Part shown: positions 41,200 to 52,065 of the stretch, one piece after another
How positions within the stretch are numbered: the first letter of the stretch is position 1
How the letters are laid out: each line of letters opens with the position of its first letter
IMG/VR virus record: IMGVR_UViG_3300027816_000069
Coordinates: 32,001 to 96,000 of that record
DNA: 64,000 nucleotides
From: a virus
Reading direction: 5' to 3' (one strand)
The notes under the pieces: generated by a model
Told to the model about the DNA's origin: nothing
Database searches by the model: none
What the model saw: only the letters and a program-made list of their open reading frames with translations
Translations under genes and position numbers: made by a program

Positions 41200-41696
41200 G
41201 ATTAAAATTTGTTGCAGACTATATCTCTGTTGAAGAAGAAATTCAACTTATTACTGATATAGAGAATTTTCGTAAAACTAATCCTAAATTGGTAGCAAAT
41301 TATGGAGATAATAATTATGATAGTATTTACTTTGGAGACAGATATAAAAAGCCCATTGATGATGCTTTTGAGTCACTAAAAAATGTTTATACTAGATTAA
41401 TTAAGGATAATTATATACAAGATGTTCCATTTGGGATTGCTATCAATAAATATAAAAAGGGACAAAAAATAGCAGCACACATAGATAAACCCATTAGTGG
41501 GCCTATTGTTACGATTCTTAGTTTAGGATCAGTATCAACAATGGTTTTTAAAAAATCTAATCACTCTGCTGTTGATATAGAATTATTTCCACGCAGTATC
41601 ATAAGAATGATGGGTGATATTAGAGATAATTGGACTCATGAAATTTTACCAGTAATAGATACTAGATATTCAGTAGTATTTCGGTCACTTAACTAA
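41187..41696 (+). CDS. alkB: AlkB-family 2OG-Fe(II) dioxygenase
   Basis: INKY..GQ.I..HID, LSLG, WTHEI, RYSVVFR. Confidence 0.85.
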   Translation: MEKLGLKFVADYISVEEEIQLITDIENFRKTNPKLVANYGDNNYDSIYFGDRYKKPIDDAFESLKNVYTRLIKDNYIQDVPFGIAINKYKKGQKIAAHIDKPISGPIVTILSLGSVSTMVFKKSNHSAVDIELFPRSIIRMMGDIRDNWTHEILPVIDTRYSVVFRSLN

Positions 41697-41703
41697 TATA
41701 GTC

Positions 41704-42324
41704 ATGCTAATAGTCAAAAAACAACCCTATAATAGTGTTTGGGTGAGCGCATCAACACAAGATGAACTAGGATTAACTTTCATGCGTTTTCAAGAACACT
41801 ATGAAAGTGCTAATCCTAGATTTCGTAATAATATTTTTACACTAGGAGAATTAAGACACTGGTATTCTGAAACATATGGCTCAAATAGTTATCATGCTCA
41901 TTGGATAGGGTTCAATTTTCCCAGTAAAGTATTGGTTCCCTTTAAAGATGGATTATTTGACCCGTTAACAACTGAAGAAAATAATCTTATACAACTATTA
42001 GGCTATCGTAAAGATCATTTCTATATTATAGGCGCTCAAACCAACGAGATACTGCGTCATGAATTAAGTCATGCACTATACGCCTCTAATGCTAAATATA
42101 AACTAGAAATAGACTCTTTTATTTCCAAACACAAAAATAAACTTAAAAAGTCTTTATCTTATATCTTAGATAAAGGATATTGTAAAGAGGTTCTAAACGA
42201 TGAACTTCAAGCATACATAACAGATAATGACGACAATGAACTGATTAATATTACTTGTCCAACAGTAATTGCTGGTATCAACAAGATTTTTCAAAAGTAT
42301 AACACAGCAGGAATAAAGAAATGA
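41704..42324 (+). CDS. HExxH-containing hypothetical protein
   Basis: FMRFQEHYES..GFNFP..HELSH..DELQAY. Confidence 0.7.
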   Translation: MLIVKKQPYNSVWVSASTQDELGLTFMRFQEHYESANPRFRNNIFTLGELRHWYSETYGSNSYHAHWIGFNFPSKVLVPFKDGLFDPLTTEENNLIQLLGYRKDHFYIIGAQTNEILRHELSHALYASNAKYKLEIDSFISKHKNKLKKSLSYILDKGYCKEVLNDELQAYITDNDDNELINITCPTVIAGINKIFQKYNTAGIKK

Positions 42325-42496
42325 AAGAAGAATTATCTGATGAGGAAAAGTTTTATTACGAATGGGTCAAAAATAATCTAGAGTATATTAATCAGCATAA
42401 AAACTCTATTGAGGTTATGAAAAAATTGTATATGATTGGTTTTTCAGACGGTTTTACCTATCAAAGAAAACTCCGAGCAGAAGAAGAATTACAAAA

Positions 42497-43060
42497 ATGA
42501 GTCCTATGTATAATCCAGATGACTGGAGTGAAGAATTTAATATCGTATTAAAATACGAACCAATGAGTAGTAGCACAGTAAATAAAATATTAACACAATA
42601 TAAACATGATGATATTTTAAATTATATCAAAGAACTCTGGAATCTAATTGATTATCAGAGAAAACTTATAAATGAACAAAATCAACATATTGTTGCTTTT
42701 AAACATAAAGAAGCGTGGAAAAGATACGATCTTCCCGAACAATCTTTTAAAGTTTCTGTTGACAAACCGCCGAAAGATGGTAATATGAGTTGCTAGGAGG
42801 CTATCTATATGCTGTGGACAGAGGTTCGTTTTTGGGCAAAATCTCATGGGTACGAAGTTTTAAAAGATAAGGGCGATGAAGAAAAGGACGAGCCAGTAAC
42901 ATACTACTGGTCTAAAATTGACGACCCTAGTGTTAGTGGAGTTAGTCCAAGTGTTAGCAAACTTGCCAGGGATATTTACAACAATATTACAAATAATGCT
43001 TGGGTAGATCATCAAAAAGAATACAAGGAAAAACACATCAATGAACGTAAAACTAATTAG
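42497..43060 (+). other. two hypothetical genes
   Basis: 42497-42796, 42809-43060. Confidence 0.65.
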
Positions 43061-43148
43061 TTTAACTCCAGACGCAGAAAAAAACATAGCATATTGTGCT
43101 AGAGTGTCCAACCCAAACAATCAAGGTTTAGATAATTATGCTAAATAA
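43041..43148 (+). pseudogene. thyX: truncated N-terminus of a second thyX
   Basis: MNVKLISLTPDAEKNIAYCARVSNPNNQGLDNYAK*, a typical ThyX start. Confidence 0.75.
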
Positions 43149-43764
43149 AGTTGAACTACTAGGATATTATGGAAATGATAAAATTCATGCTTGTTCTGCA
43201 TGGACTAGTACATCTAGAGACTTATCGGAAGATAAGATTGATCGAATACCTAAACTATTAAAAATGTTAGCGGATGAAGGTCATCATACTCCTTTTGAAA
43301 AAAGTTATTTACATTTTTTAGTAACAACAGATATAGCATCGCACATTCATATAATTAAACACAGAATAGGAGTAAGTGTTAATGGCGAATCTGCAAGATA
43401 TAAAGAGATTAAGGAAGATCAATATTTAATTCCTGAAGATTGGCCTTTAATTTGGCAAGAACAACTTAAATCTTATACTCAACTAGGTTTGGATAAATAC
43501 CATAATTGTATAGAAAGTTTAGTTAATGATTATGGTTTCGATAGAAAAAGAGCCAAAGAAAGTGCTAGATTTTTTAGACCATACAATACCCAGATTACTT
43601 CTGATGTAAGTTTTAATTGGAGAAGTTTTTATCATTTTCAATCATTACGCAATAAACCTAATGCTCAGTTAGAAATTAGAGAAATTGCACAAACTATGTT
43701 AGATTTAGTAAAAAATATTGATAATAATCCATTTAAATATACAATAGAGGCATTTGGATTATAA
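43138..43764 (+). CDS. thyX: flavin-dependent thymidylate synthase
   Basis: H.TPFE, KHR..S.NGESARY, ESARF, NWRS..HF..LR..AQLEIR. Confidence 0.92.
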   Translation: MLNKVELLGYYGNDKIHACSAWTSTSRDLSEDKIDRIPKLLKMLADEGHHTPFEKSYLHFLVTTDIASHIHIIKHRIGVSVNGESARYKEIKEDQYLIPEDWPLIWQEQLKSYTQLGLDKYHNCIESLVNDYGFDRKRAKESARFFRPYNTQITSDVSFNWRSFYHFQSLRNKPNAQLEIREIAQTMLDLVKNIDNNPFKYTIEAFGL

Positions 43765-44397
43765 GATTTTATCTGATTTACTAATATTATCTTTAGCCCA
43801 TAATGGCTGTAAATTTGTATAGTGAAAACACTTTCTCTGTTGTTCAGGATCGCTCATGTCAAAACTGGAACATGGAATTATATGGTCTATATGCCAACCA
43901 TATTTTCCATAATTTTCCCAAGTCATGCCTTCTTGAAACTTATTTGCTAAATATGTTTTTAAATATTCAATATCACAGCCAATTAGTTCTTTAGTTTTTT
44001 CTTGTTTTATATTATTCTTAACTGCCAATCTTAATCTGCTTCTTAAACTACTTAATATTCTATATGATAAATTATTTTGATATTTATTTCTTTCATATTC
44101 TCTCTGTAATTTTCTATATTCTAAACTGGCTTTATGTCTAAGAATTTCTTTTTTATTTTTTTCATAGTAATTTTTATTATATTTTGAAGTATAGTTTTTA
44201 TTATTTTTTCTATACTCATTCATATATTTTGATCTACTTTGTAAGATTGAGGTCTTGTTTTTTTGAAAATGCTGTTTATGATAAAGAGAAACGCAAGACT
44301 TACATTTTGCGTCCAATCCAAATTTTCCGCCCTTTTTCTTGTAAAAAGAAGTTAACTTTTTATTTTTGAGGCAAACGGTACATTTTTTAGTTTTCAT
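43759..44397 (-). CDS. free-standing HNH endonuclease
   Basis: N-terminal CxxC..CKxC; MTWENYG..WHIDHIIP..CFHYTNLQPLWAKDN. Confidence 0.85.
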   Translation of the reverse strand: MKTKKCTVCLKNKKLTSFYKKKGGKFGLDAKCKSCVSLYHKQHFQKNKTSILQSRSKYMNEYRKNNKNYTSKYNKNYYEKNKKEILRHKASLEYRKLQREYERNKYQNNLSYRILSSLRSRLRLAVKNNIKQEKTKELIGCDIEYLKTYLANKFQEGMTWENYGKYGWHIDHIIPCSSFDMSDPEQQRKCFHYTNLQPLWAKDNISKSDKIL

Positions 44398-44446
44398 ATA
44401 TTTCCTTTTAATATCAAATACACCAAAATTCAAGAATTTACTCAAA

Positions 44447-44641
44447 ATGAAAACATTTAATATCACGGCACAGGTATTTAAAAACAGCGATTTGTCAAAA
44501 CAAAATCTATTAATTAATCAGGTATTTGATGGTTCTACTTCTGAAAATGCTCTTTCTAATTTTAAATTACATTTTCCTTCTATAGAATATTCTTTAGTAA
44601 AAATTCTATCTGTTGAAGAAATTCCTCAAGAAGCGGCTTGA
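44447..44641 (+). CDS. hypothetical protein
   Basis: ORF from MKTFNIT. Confidence 0.5.
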   Translation: MKTFNITAQVFKNSDLSKQNLLINQVFDGSTSENALSNFKLHFPSIEYSLVKILSVEEIPQEAA

Positions 44642-44686
44642 CTTCTGCCGATAATGCTGTATACTGTGACCAAGGAGACTCTATTT

Positions 44687-45598
44687 ATGCGTTATGGCCT
44701 CTGCTGCATCTCATTAAAACTTAAAGATCAAGGTGTTGGTCATCAGACCATGACCTTCAAGAGATTTAATAGTTTGCCAAGACAAGAAGCACTAACTATT
44801 CTTGGCGACCGTATTCTTAACAATCTTATCACTACACGAAAAACTATTGAATTTTGTGCTGAGAATAATTATGTCTATCGTGTTAGTAGCGATATTTTTC
44901 CACTAATTACATATGATGAGGCTAATGTATCTTTAGAAAATTTGCCTAATCATGATGATATTCAAGATGAATTTGATAATATTGCTCTAACAATCACCGA
45001 CAATAATGTTCGTGTGAGTTGTCATCCAAGTGAGTATAATTCACTCTCTAGTCTTTCAGAAAAAGTTGTTGATAAAACTATTACAGAACTGAATTTTTAC
45101 AGTAGTTTTTTTGACAGAATTGGTTTGTCCGCAGATACTAATTCTCCCATGAATCTTCATGTTCATAACAATAATGGGACTAGAGAAGAAATATCTCATA
45201 GGTTTTATCAAAACTTCAAACGTCTCGACGAAAATTGTCAAAGTCGCTTAACGATAGAAAATGACGACAAACTTAATTGTTGGAGTGTGCGTGAATTAGT
45301 AGATATTTTTCATCCTATTACACGCATCCCTATTTGTTTTGACTATTTACATCACAAGTGTCACCCAAATAATTTATCAGAATGTGAAGCCATCAATATG
45401 TGCTATGATACATGGCAGACCACTCCACTATTTCATTATAGTGAAAGTCGAGAGGGTAATAATCCTCGCGCTCATGCTGAGTACGCATATAATAAATTTG
45501 AGACATATGGGTTAGAGTTTGATGTTGATATGGAACTCAAAGGAAAAGATATCGCCATTGAAAAATATGATGAGATTCTAAAGGAGACTATTGTATGA
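44687..45598 (+). CDS. uvsE: UV damage endonuclease
   Basis: YRVSSDIFP, HP, IENDD, FDYLHH, HYSES, AH, ELKGKD. Confidence 0.9.
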   Translation: MRYGLCCISLKLKDQGVGHQTMTFKRFNSLPRQEALTILGDRILNNLITTRKTIEFCAENNYVYRVSSDIFPLITYDEANVSLENLPNHDDIQDEFDNIALTITDNNVRVSCHPSEYNSLSSLSEKVVDKTITELNFYSSFFDRIGLSADTNSPMNLHVHNNNGTREEISHRFYQNFKRLDENCQSRLTIENDDKLNCWSVRELVDIFHPITRIPICFDYLHHKCHPNNLSECEAINMCYDTWQTTPLFHYSESREGNNPRAHAEYAYNKFETYGLEFDVDMELKGKDIAIEKYDEILKETIV

Positions 45599-45866
45599 GT
45601 GGATGGCTAATAGCATTTACAGGATGTATATATGCTTATGTAGCAGCAGAGCAAGCATACAAAGGCAATATGGGTTTATTTATAGCATATACAGGTTACG
45701 CTTTTGCCAATATCGGTTTATATATGTTAGCAAGTAAATAGGAGATATTCGATGAGCGATCTCAAAAATAGGCCCGAACCAAAAAAAATAAAGATGCCCC
45801 CACTAGTTGACCGATCACAGGAATACGATATAATGGAGGGATACGAGCCAGCCGATCACAACACTA

Positions 45867-46325
45867 ATGAAACAGATAGCCAAGACAATACGCAGAGCAT
45901 ATCAGAATTGGGTTCCTTGTAAGGAAATTCGTTGTTGGCATTATTGTTCTGCTTTTGATGGAACAAAAATGATAGGTTTTGCTCAAAATAATCCTATTAA
46001 AACTCATGCTGGTGCTTATAGAATTGGTGAAAATTTTAATCTTCCCAAATATAAAGAGCATCCGTTTTACCATGCGGAAAGTCATCTGATTTCTAAGTTA
46101 CTGGATCAGTATAACTATATTGATCCTTCTTGGAATATTGTAGTGATGAGAATTAATCGCAAGGGTTTGATTCTTGGTAGTAAGCCTTGTGAAAATTGTG
46201 ATAAACTTTTACAATCTGTTGGTTTAACTGCCGTGTTTTATAGTAATGATGATGGTAGTTTTAGTGATAGTTTTGGTGATATGGTTTATCGCCCTGACTT
46301 GACAAATTCTTTGGCTAGTGTATAA
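45867..46325 (+). CDS. zinc-dependent (CMP/dCMP-type) deaminase
   Basis: HAE..SKPC..C. Confidence 0.75.
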   Translation: MKQIAKTIRRAYQNWVPCKEIRCWHYCSAFDGTKMIGFAQNNPIKTHAGAYRIGENFNLPKYKEHPFYHAESHLISKLLDQYNYIDPSWNIVVMRINRKGLILGSKPCENCDKLLQSVGLTAVFYSNDDGSFSDSFGDMVYRPDLTNSLASV

Positions 46326-46345
46326 TTCCGCTATTGGAGGAACCT

Positions 46346-46564
46346 ATGAATTGTATTTATTGTTATCGTTCTATTCCAGATGAAAGATTAGAGTTTCTGA
46401 TAGAGAATAATCGTCCTAAAACTTGCATTAATTGTTCTACCGAACAACGTGCTGTGGGTTTTATGGATTGGGAACACAAAACCGCTCCACAGTTGGTGTT
46501 AGTTCCCGCTAATGCTAAAGAGAGTATTCGTATCCTAAATAGGGCTAATAGGAGATCAAGATGA
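46346..46564 (+). CDS. DksA/TraR-type C4 zinc-finger protein
   Basis: C..C...IP.ERLE......C..C. Confidence 0.6.
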   Translation: MNCIYCYRSIPDERLEFLIENNRPKTCINCSTEQRAVGFMDWEHKTAPQLVLVPANAKESIRILNRANRRSR

Positions 46565-48662
46565 CTTGGCTAGACTTATATGACTATCTTAACAAACAAG
46601 CAAATCTTACACAAAATGTAGGAGAATTTAACTGGCAAGATCAAGTGATAGTTTATGATAGTTGGAACATGAAAGAATATAATTGTAATGGATTAAGTTG
46701 GATGATATCACTAAATAATCAAGACCATCATTGCCTAAATATTAATACCTCATTGGAGAATTCTTAATGGATATAGAAATTGAGAGTCTTTTATTCAAGC
46801 AAGTAGAATGTCCTAAGAATCACCTAATGACCAAAATTATTAATCTATGGAGTAATCGATATCGTATTAATGTGTACATAGAAATCGAAGAAGATAATCT
46901 GATCAAGAAACGTATACATAGCAGTTATTTTTGTCACTATAGTCCCGGTAAACTAACTATTATTCCAGATAAAGACAAAGGACGTTATAATGAATCCAGA
47001 ACTCAGTGGTAAACTAATCTCAAAGTATCCAGAACAATTTTCTAATTATCAATACATTGAATGCGACGATGGATGGTATGATCTTCTAGATAAATTATGC
47101 TCTTCTATCCAATCTCATCTGGATCACAGAAAAAAAACAGAAGAACCTCTTTCCTACTTTAGTTGGTCACAAATCAAAGAAAAGTTTGGTGGATTAAGAG
47201 CCTATTCTTATGGTGCAGATTCTTATATCAATGGATTAATTGCTATGGCAGAAAGTATGAGTTACAGCATTTGTGAAATTTCTGGAGAAAAAGGAAAGTT
47301 GCGTAAACAAAGAATTGGAGAAAATGGAGAGCCTATTCCTGCATGGATGAAAACCCTGTCAGATAGTGAGGCACAAAAGGCGGGATACGTTCTCTAAAGA
47401 ATCCCTCTTGACAATGCCGATACCTGTGCTATACTTAGGACATAACACCTAACACAAGGAGATTCAAAATGCCTCGCGGCCAGAAAATTTGTCCAAGTTG
47501 TTCTGCTATCAATGGTCCCCGTGCATACACTTGTAAGAGTTGTGGTTCAGATTTTGCTTTCAAGCCCAAAAGCAAGGAAGTTAAAAACACCAAGATCATT
47601 AAGGATGTTAATTGGAAAGAATTGGTTAAGGGTGATCGTATAAAAGTTCGCGGTGGCCCCTATTATGTTCATAAGGGTGAATTTATCCCTATGGGTTATC
47701 GTGGACGCTTTGTGGTAGACTGTATTGATGACAAGGGCATTAGGGCTTATGGTATTGATAAGCACGGTGGATTTGCTCATATTTATATGGGTGGAGACTT
47801 TCAAAACAAGGAAACCGGCGTATGGAAGATTGCTCACGAAATTGTCAAACTGAAAAACAGAGAAGTGGTATAATGAGTTTGGTTCCTCAACAACAAGAAC
47901 AATTAGAAAAACTGTTAGAACATAGAGACTCTATAGTTAGCCACTTATATCAGATTGAGCATATTTTAAAGGAATATTTTCCTGAGCAATTTGAACTAGC
48001 ATATCAACATTGGATTCCTCAAATTACTACTGCTCTTTATGAACAACCTAAGTGGCTTCCTAGAGGACAATATTCTATGGAAGATACAGTAAAGAATATT
48101 ACAGATAAGGACGATGGTTCTGGTGTATTTAAATATTTGAGGTAATATATGGACGAAAAACTCTATTCTATTGTTGATCTTGAAGGATACGCTAAACAGG
48201 TTAGAGAAGCGGCTGCTCAAACCTTATCAGAAAATAACAACGATAATCTTGATGATTATATCACCATCACACAACTAGTCCAGATGGTGCGTAAAAACTG
48301 TTGTGGTTTTGATGATGATAACAGACCTCTCTTAAATGAAGATATTAACGAGCAAATTTATGACTGTACTATAACTTGGATACATAATGTCGCATTAGCA
48401 AAATTGGCTGCTAAAGACTTACTAGAATGTGCTTGGGATGATAAGGCTAATGAAATGGTATTTTGGCCTAAAGAGACTGAAAATGATAAATCCGTCAAAC
48501 GAAGAAATAAGAAAAAGAATAAAGAGTCTTGAAGAAGAAATACATAATTACGAAACATATCTACTGTCAGAAAGTTGCAGTAGGTGTGCTGATGCTTATG
48601 CTAAGATAGAGCAATACAAGACAGAAATTGGTGAACTGATACAACTATATCATAATGATTAA
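46561..48662 (+). other. block of hypothetical genes
   Basis: 46561-46767, 46767-47012, 46990-47397 (QIKEKFGGLR), 47469-47873 (Zn ribbon), 47873-48145, 48149-48532. Confidence 0.7.
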
Positions 48663-48665
48663 TAA

Positions 48666-49020
48666 GGGGGTATAACGGTATCGATTGGATAATAGCAATT
48701 ATGTTAGCAAGTAGTGGTTGATCGACCGGCCACTTTAAAAAGTCGATTAAACGCTTTAACTAGCGAAACTCAGTTAGCCCTTGCTGCCTAATAAATAAGT
48801 AGCAACAATCTTAGAAAGCGATGAAGGTAGCGTTCAAAAGATTGATGTAAAATCCTTCGGCTGCTAGAATAGCCAACGGGTTCTAGCCTGAGATTAGTTG
48901 GTACGGAAAGATGAATGTTGTTTGTTCTTTAGTCTTTCTTAAAATTTATGAATAAACTAAACTTGTAGAATATATAATGAAAATTATCGCAACACATGGG
49001 TTCGACTCCCATTACCTCCA
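48666..49020 (+). ncRNA. ssrA: tmRNA
   Basis: GGGGGTA/TACCTCCA acceptor with G3-U70, GGTATCGA D loop, T arm, tag ORF SETQLALAA*. Confidence 0.92.
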
Positions 49021-49022
49021 CT

Positions 49023-49367
49023 ATGCCTAGAAAAATTTGTACTTATTGTGGTAAAAGAAAAAACCGTAAAAGTTTTCCTAAACATAGTTTGTACAAAGAT
49101 AAACTAGATACAAGATGTAAAAAATGCGTTAAAGAACATTCAAAGGTAAGAAATAAACTTCATAAAAAAGCACCAGATAAACCAGAAGTTTGTGAGTGTT
49201 GTAAAAAGATCCCCATTAAATGGGTATTAGATCATAACCATGATGATGATACTTTTCGTGGATGGCTTTGTGATAGATGCAATACCGGCATAGGAAAATT
49301 AGGAGATAATTTAGGTGGTATTGTCAATGCGATGAATTATTTTCTCTCAAGACCCAATCGCAAATAG
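49023..49367 (+). CDS. endonuclease VII-family nuclease
   Basis: CECC..LDHNH...FRGWLCDRCNTGIG. Confidence 0.85.
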   Translation: MPRKICTYCGKRKNRKSFPKHSLYKDKLDTRCKKCVKEHSKVRNKLHKKAPDKPEVCECCKKIPIKWVLDHNHDDDTFRGWLCDRCNTGIGKLGDNLGGIVNAMNYFLSRPNRK

Positions 49368-49428
49368 TCGATACTTGACAGCAGCATGAGCGTCTGGTAC
49401 GATACCATCAACACAGGAGACTAAACGG

Positions 49429-50745
49429 ATGACTCACGATTTTGATTATGTTTGGAAGATGGTAACTGCTCTTAGAAATACAAGCAGCACAAAAGAAAAA
49501 GAAGATATTATCAAGATTAATTGTGGAATTTTCAATAATTCATCTGCAAATTTTGCTAAGAAAATTCTACTCTATACTTATCATCCACTTTGGCAATATC
49601 ATGTAACCAGTGATAATTTAAAGAAGAAAAATTATTTGGTCGCCAGAAAGAATGAATACAAAAATTTCTTTGATCTGCTTGATGCTCTAAAGAGTCGTAA
49701 AATTACTGGGCATGATGCTATATCTGCTGTGAATAGTTTTGTCGAACATTACGCTGACTATGAGGAACTTATTCATTGTGTTTTGGATAAAGACTTGAAA
49801 ACCCGTGCTGGCGATAAGATCATTAATAAGGCTATTCCAGATCATATTCCAGAATTTAGTGTAGCCTTGGCCGATAAATATAGTCCAGATATTGTAGATT
49901 GGAAAGATGAATGGTATGTTAGTCGTAAGATCGATGGTGCTAGATGTATCGCTATTGTTGATAGTAATGGGGAGTCTACTTTTTATTCCCGCACGGGAAA
50001 AGAGTTTGATACTCTTGGTGTTGTTGCTGGTGGCATTAAGAGTTTGGGTGTTACTAATGTAGTATTTGATGGTGAACTTTGTCTTGTGGATGATGAGGGT
50101 AATGAAGATTTTCAGGGGATCATGAAACAACTCAAAAAGAAGGATCATACCATCCCTAATCCTTCATATAAGATTTTTGATATGATTTCTCACGACGAAT
50201 TTTATAGTAAGAAGGGCGAGAAGAACAAGCCTTATTCTATTCGCTATAATAATCTACGAGAAGTTATGAAAAATAATACTTGTACTTGTCTTAGTGTGCT
50301 TGGTCAAGAACTTATTAAAGATGATGATCATTTTCAGGAGTGGATTAAAAAAAGTAAAGATTACAAGTATGAAGGACTTATGCTACGAGCAGACGAACCA
50401 TATAAAGGGAAGCGTAGTAAAGATCTGCTGAAAGTTAAGAAGTTTTTTGACGATGAGTATGAAGTTATTGATGTGGAAATGGGTCCATTTCGTTATGTAT
50501 TGAATGGTAAAGAGCATGAGGAAACCATGCTTTCTTGCGTAATGATTAAGCATAAAGATCATGTTGTTAGAGTTGGTAGTGGATTTGCTATTGACCAAAG
50601 ACAAGAGTTTTATCAAGACCCCAAAAAGATTCTTGGTAAAATTATTACGGTTCAATATTTTGAGGAAACTAAAAACCAAGAAGGCGGAATTAGTTTGCGT
50701 TTCCCAACATTTAAGTTTTTGCATGGGTCTGCTAGAACCGTTTAA
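49429..50745 (+). CDS. ATP-dependent DNA ligase
   Basis: KIDGAR, FDGE, EGLMLR, KRS..LLKVK, VGSGF, SLRFP. Confidence 0.93.
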   Translation: MTHDFDYVWKMVTALRNTSSTKEKEDIIKINCGIFNNSSANFAKKILLYTYHPLWQYHVTSDNLKKKNYLVARKNEYKNFFDLLDALKSRKITGHDAISAVNSFVEHYADYEELIHCVLDKDLKTRAGDKIINKAIPDHIPEFSVALADKYSPDIVDWKDEWYVSRKIDGARCIAIVDSNGESTFYSRTGKEFDTLGVVAGGIKSLGVTNVVFDGELCLVDDEGNEDFQGIMKQLKKKDHTIPNPSYKIFDMISHDEFYSKKGEKNKPYSIRYNNLREVMKNNTCTCLSVLGQELIKDDDHFQEWIKKSKDYKYEGLMLRADEPYKGKRSKDLLKVKKFFDDEYEVIDVEMGPFRYVLNGKEHEETMLSCVMIKHKDHVVRVGSGFAIDQRQEFYQDPKKILGKIITVQYFEETKNQEGGISLRFPTFKFLHGSARTV

Positions 50746-50814
50746 GAAACGAGTCTTGACAAGACGATACCAGTAGTGTAGAATCGTAGCATACACGCTA
50801 ACATTGGAGTTTTT

Positions 50815-51516
50815 ATGATTGTTGAGAACACTGTGGTCGATACCAATAAAGTTGAAATGAGCAAGACGAAGGCTGATATTTTCTTTGAGACTTTTCCTAA
50901 AGATAAGGTTGTCAAGTATAAGGAATATTGGGAGAGTGTTCGTCCTCAGAATGTTGAGGATATTTTTCGTCGCTATCTTTTCAGTTTTATGAGCGTTCAT
51001 ACAACATGGAAGTCTAATGTTAGTGGCTATAACGCAATCAAAGACTTTAATGATTGGATTGATAATAAAGAACTGCTGAGAGATAAGATTAAAAGTAGTG
51101 GTTGTGGGCTATACAACAATCGCACAAAGTTTATTTGGGATTTTAAGGATAAATTTTGGTCTAATCCGAAAGACTTTTATCTAACAAACAAAAAGTATCA
51201 TGTAAAAAAGAGAGATCAGATTGTCAATAATATTTCTGGACTAGGTACTGCAAAAGTTTCGTTTGCATTAGAGCAATGCCACCCTAATGAGTGTAGGGTA
51301 TTTTGTGGTGATACTCATATGCTGGAATTGTATGGCATGAAAACTCTTACTTATCAGTCTAAAAGGGGTCTTGAACAATATAAGAAAATGGAAAGACATT
51401 GGAGTATTAATTGTGGCAAATTAGGCGTTCCTCCTTATATTGCTAGATGTATTTTTTGGGATGCAAAACAGAACAAGACCGATTCTCGTTATTGGTCGTA
51501 TGTATTTGAAGAATAA
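50815..51516 (+). CDS. HhH-type DNA glycosylase-like protein
   Basis: ISGLGTAKVSF hairpin followed by D.H. Confidence 0.55.
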   Translation: MIVENTVVDTNKVEMSKTKADIFFETFPKDKVVKYKEYWESVRPQNVEDIFRRYLFSFMSVHTTWKSNVSGYNAIKDFNDWIDNKELLRDKIKSSGCGLYNNRTKFIWDFKDKFWSNPKDFYLTNKKYHVKKRDQIVNNISGLGTAKVSFALEQCHPNECRVFCGDTHMLELYGMKTLTYQSKRGLEQYKKMERHWSINCGKLGVPPYIARCIFWDAKQNKTDSRYWSYVFEE

Positions 51517-51521
51517 AGATT

Positions 51522-51668
51522 TTTGGAGAGTGGCATATAGACCATATCAAACCATGTTGTAGTTTTGATCTCACAGATACACAACAGCAAAAATTATGTT
51601 TTCACTATACCAACCTACAACCGTTATGGGCTATTGATACTCTAAAAAAGTCTGGAAAATTATTATGA
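51522..51668 (+). pseudogene. HNH endonuclease C-terminal relic
   Basis: EWHIDHIKPCCSFDLTDTQQQKLCFHYTNLQPLWAIDT; no start, upstream in-frame stop. Confidence 0.8.
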
Positions 51669-51775
51669 GCCAAAACGGTAAAGGAAGTAAACCAAGACCT
51701 AAAAGCGTAGATTATAAAACATGGGAGAAAAACTATGAGCGAATTTTTAGAAAAAAAGCCAAGAAAAAAATTTAA
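51665..51775 (+). CDS. small conserved phage protein
   Basis: MSQNGKGSKPRP..WEKNYERIF. Confidence 0.6.
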   Translation: MSQNGKGSKPRPKSVDYKTWEKNYERIFRKKAKKKI

Positions 51776-52019
51776 TTGTAGTCTTTTTCTGAGATGCGGT
51801 TGTCAGAGCGAAATGCTGGTTCTAGACTATGATCCAGAATTAGACATGGTGGATATATCAATATATGAGATATTAACTTCCTATAAATATAGAATGTCTT
51901 GGTGGCAAAAATTACGATATATTTATCAGACGCTAAGGCATGGACAACCATATAACGATCAAATAGTCTTAAATAGGACTCAGATAGATCAACTGAAAGA
52001 GTACATTAATTCATTATAA
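51735..52019 (+). CDS. hypothetical protein
   Basis: FLRCGC.SE..SWWQKLRY. Confidence 0.6.
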   Translation: MSEFLEKKPRKKFNCSLFLRCGCQSEMLVLDYDPELDMVDISIYEILTSYKYRMSWWQKLRYIYQTLRHGQPYNDQIVLNRTQIDQLKEYINSL

Positions 52020-52065
52020 ATATCCGTTTTGGTGTTATTATATTAATGGCAACGGAGTTTATAAT

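Noticed and set aside
50383-51000. 205-aa minus-strand ORF
   Set aside because: Antisense to the ligase and glycosylase genes
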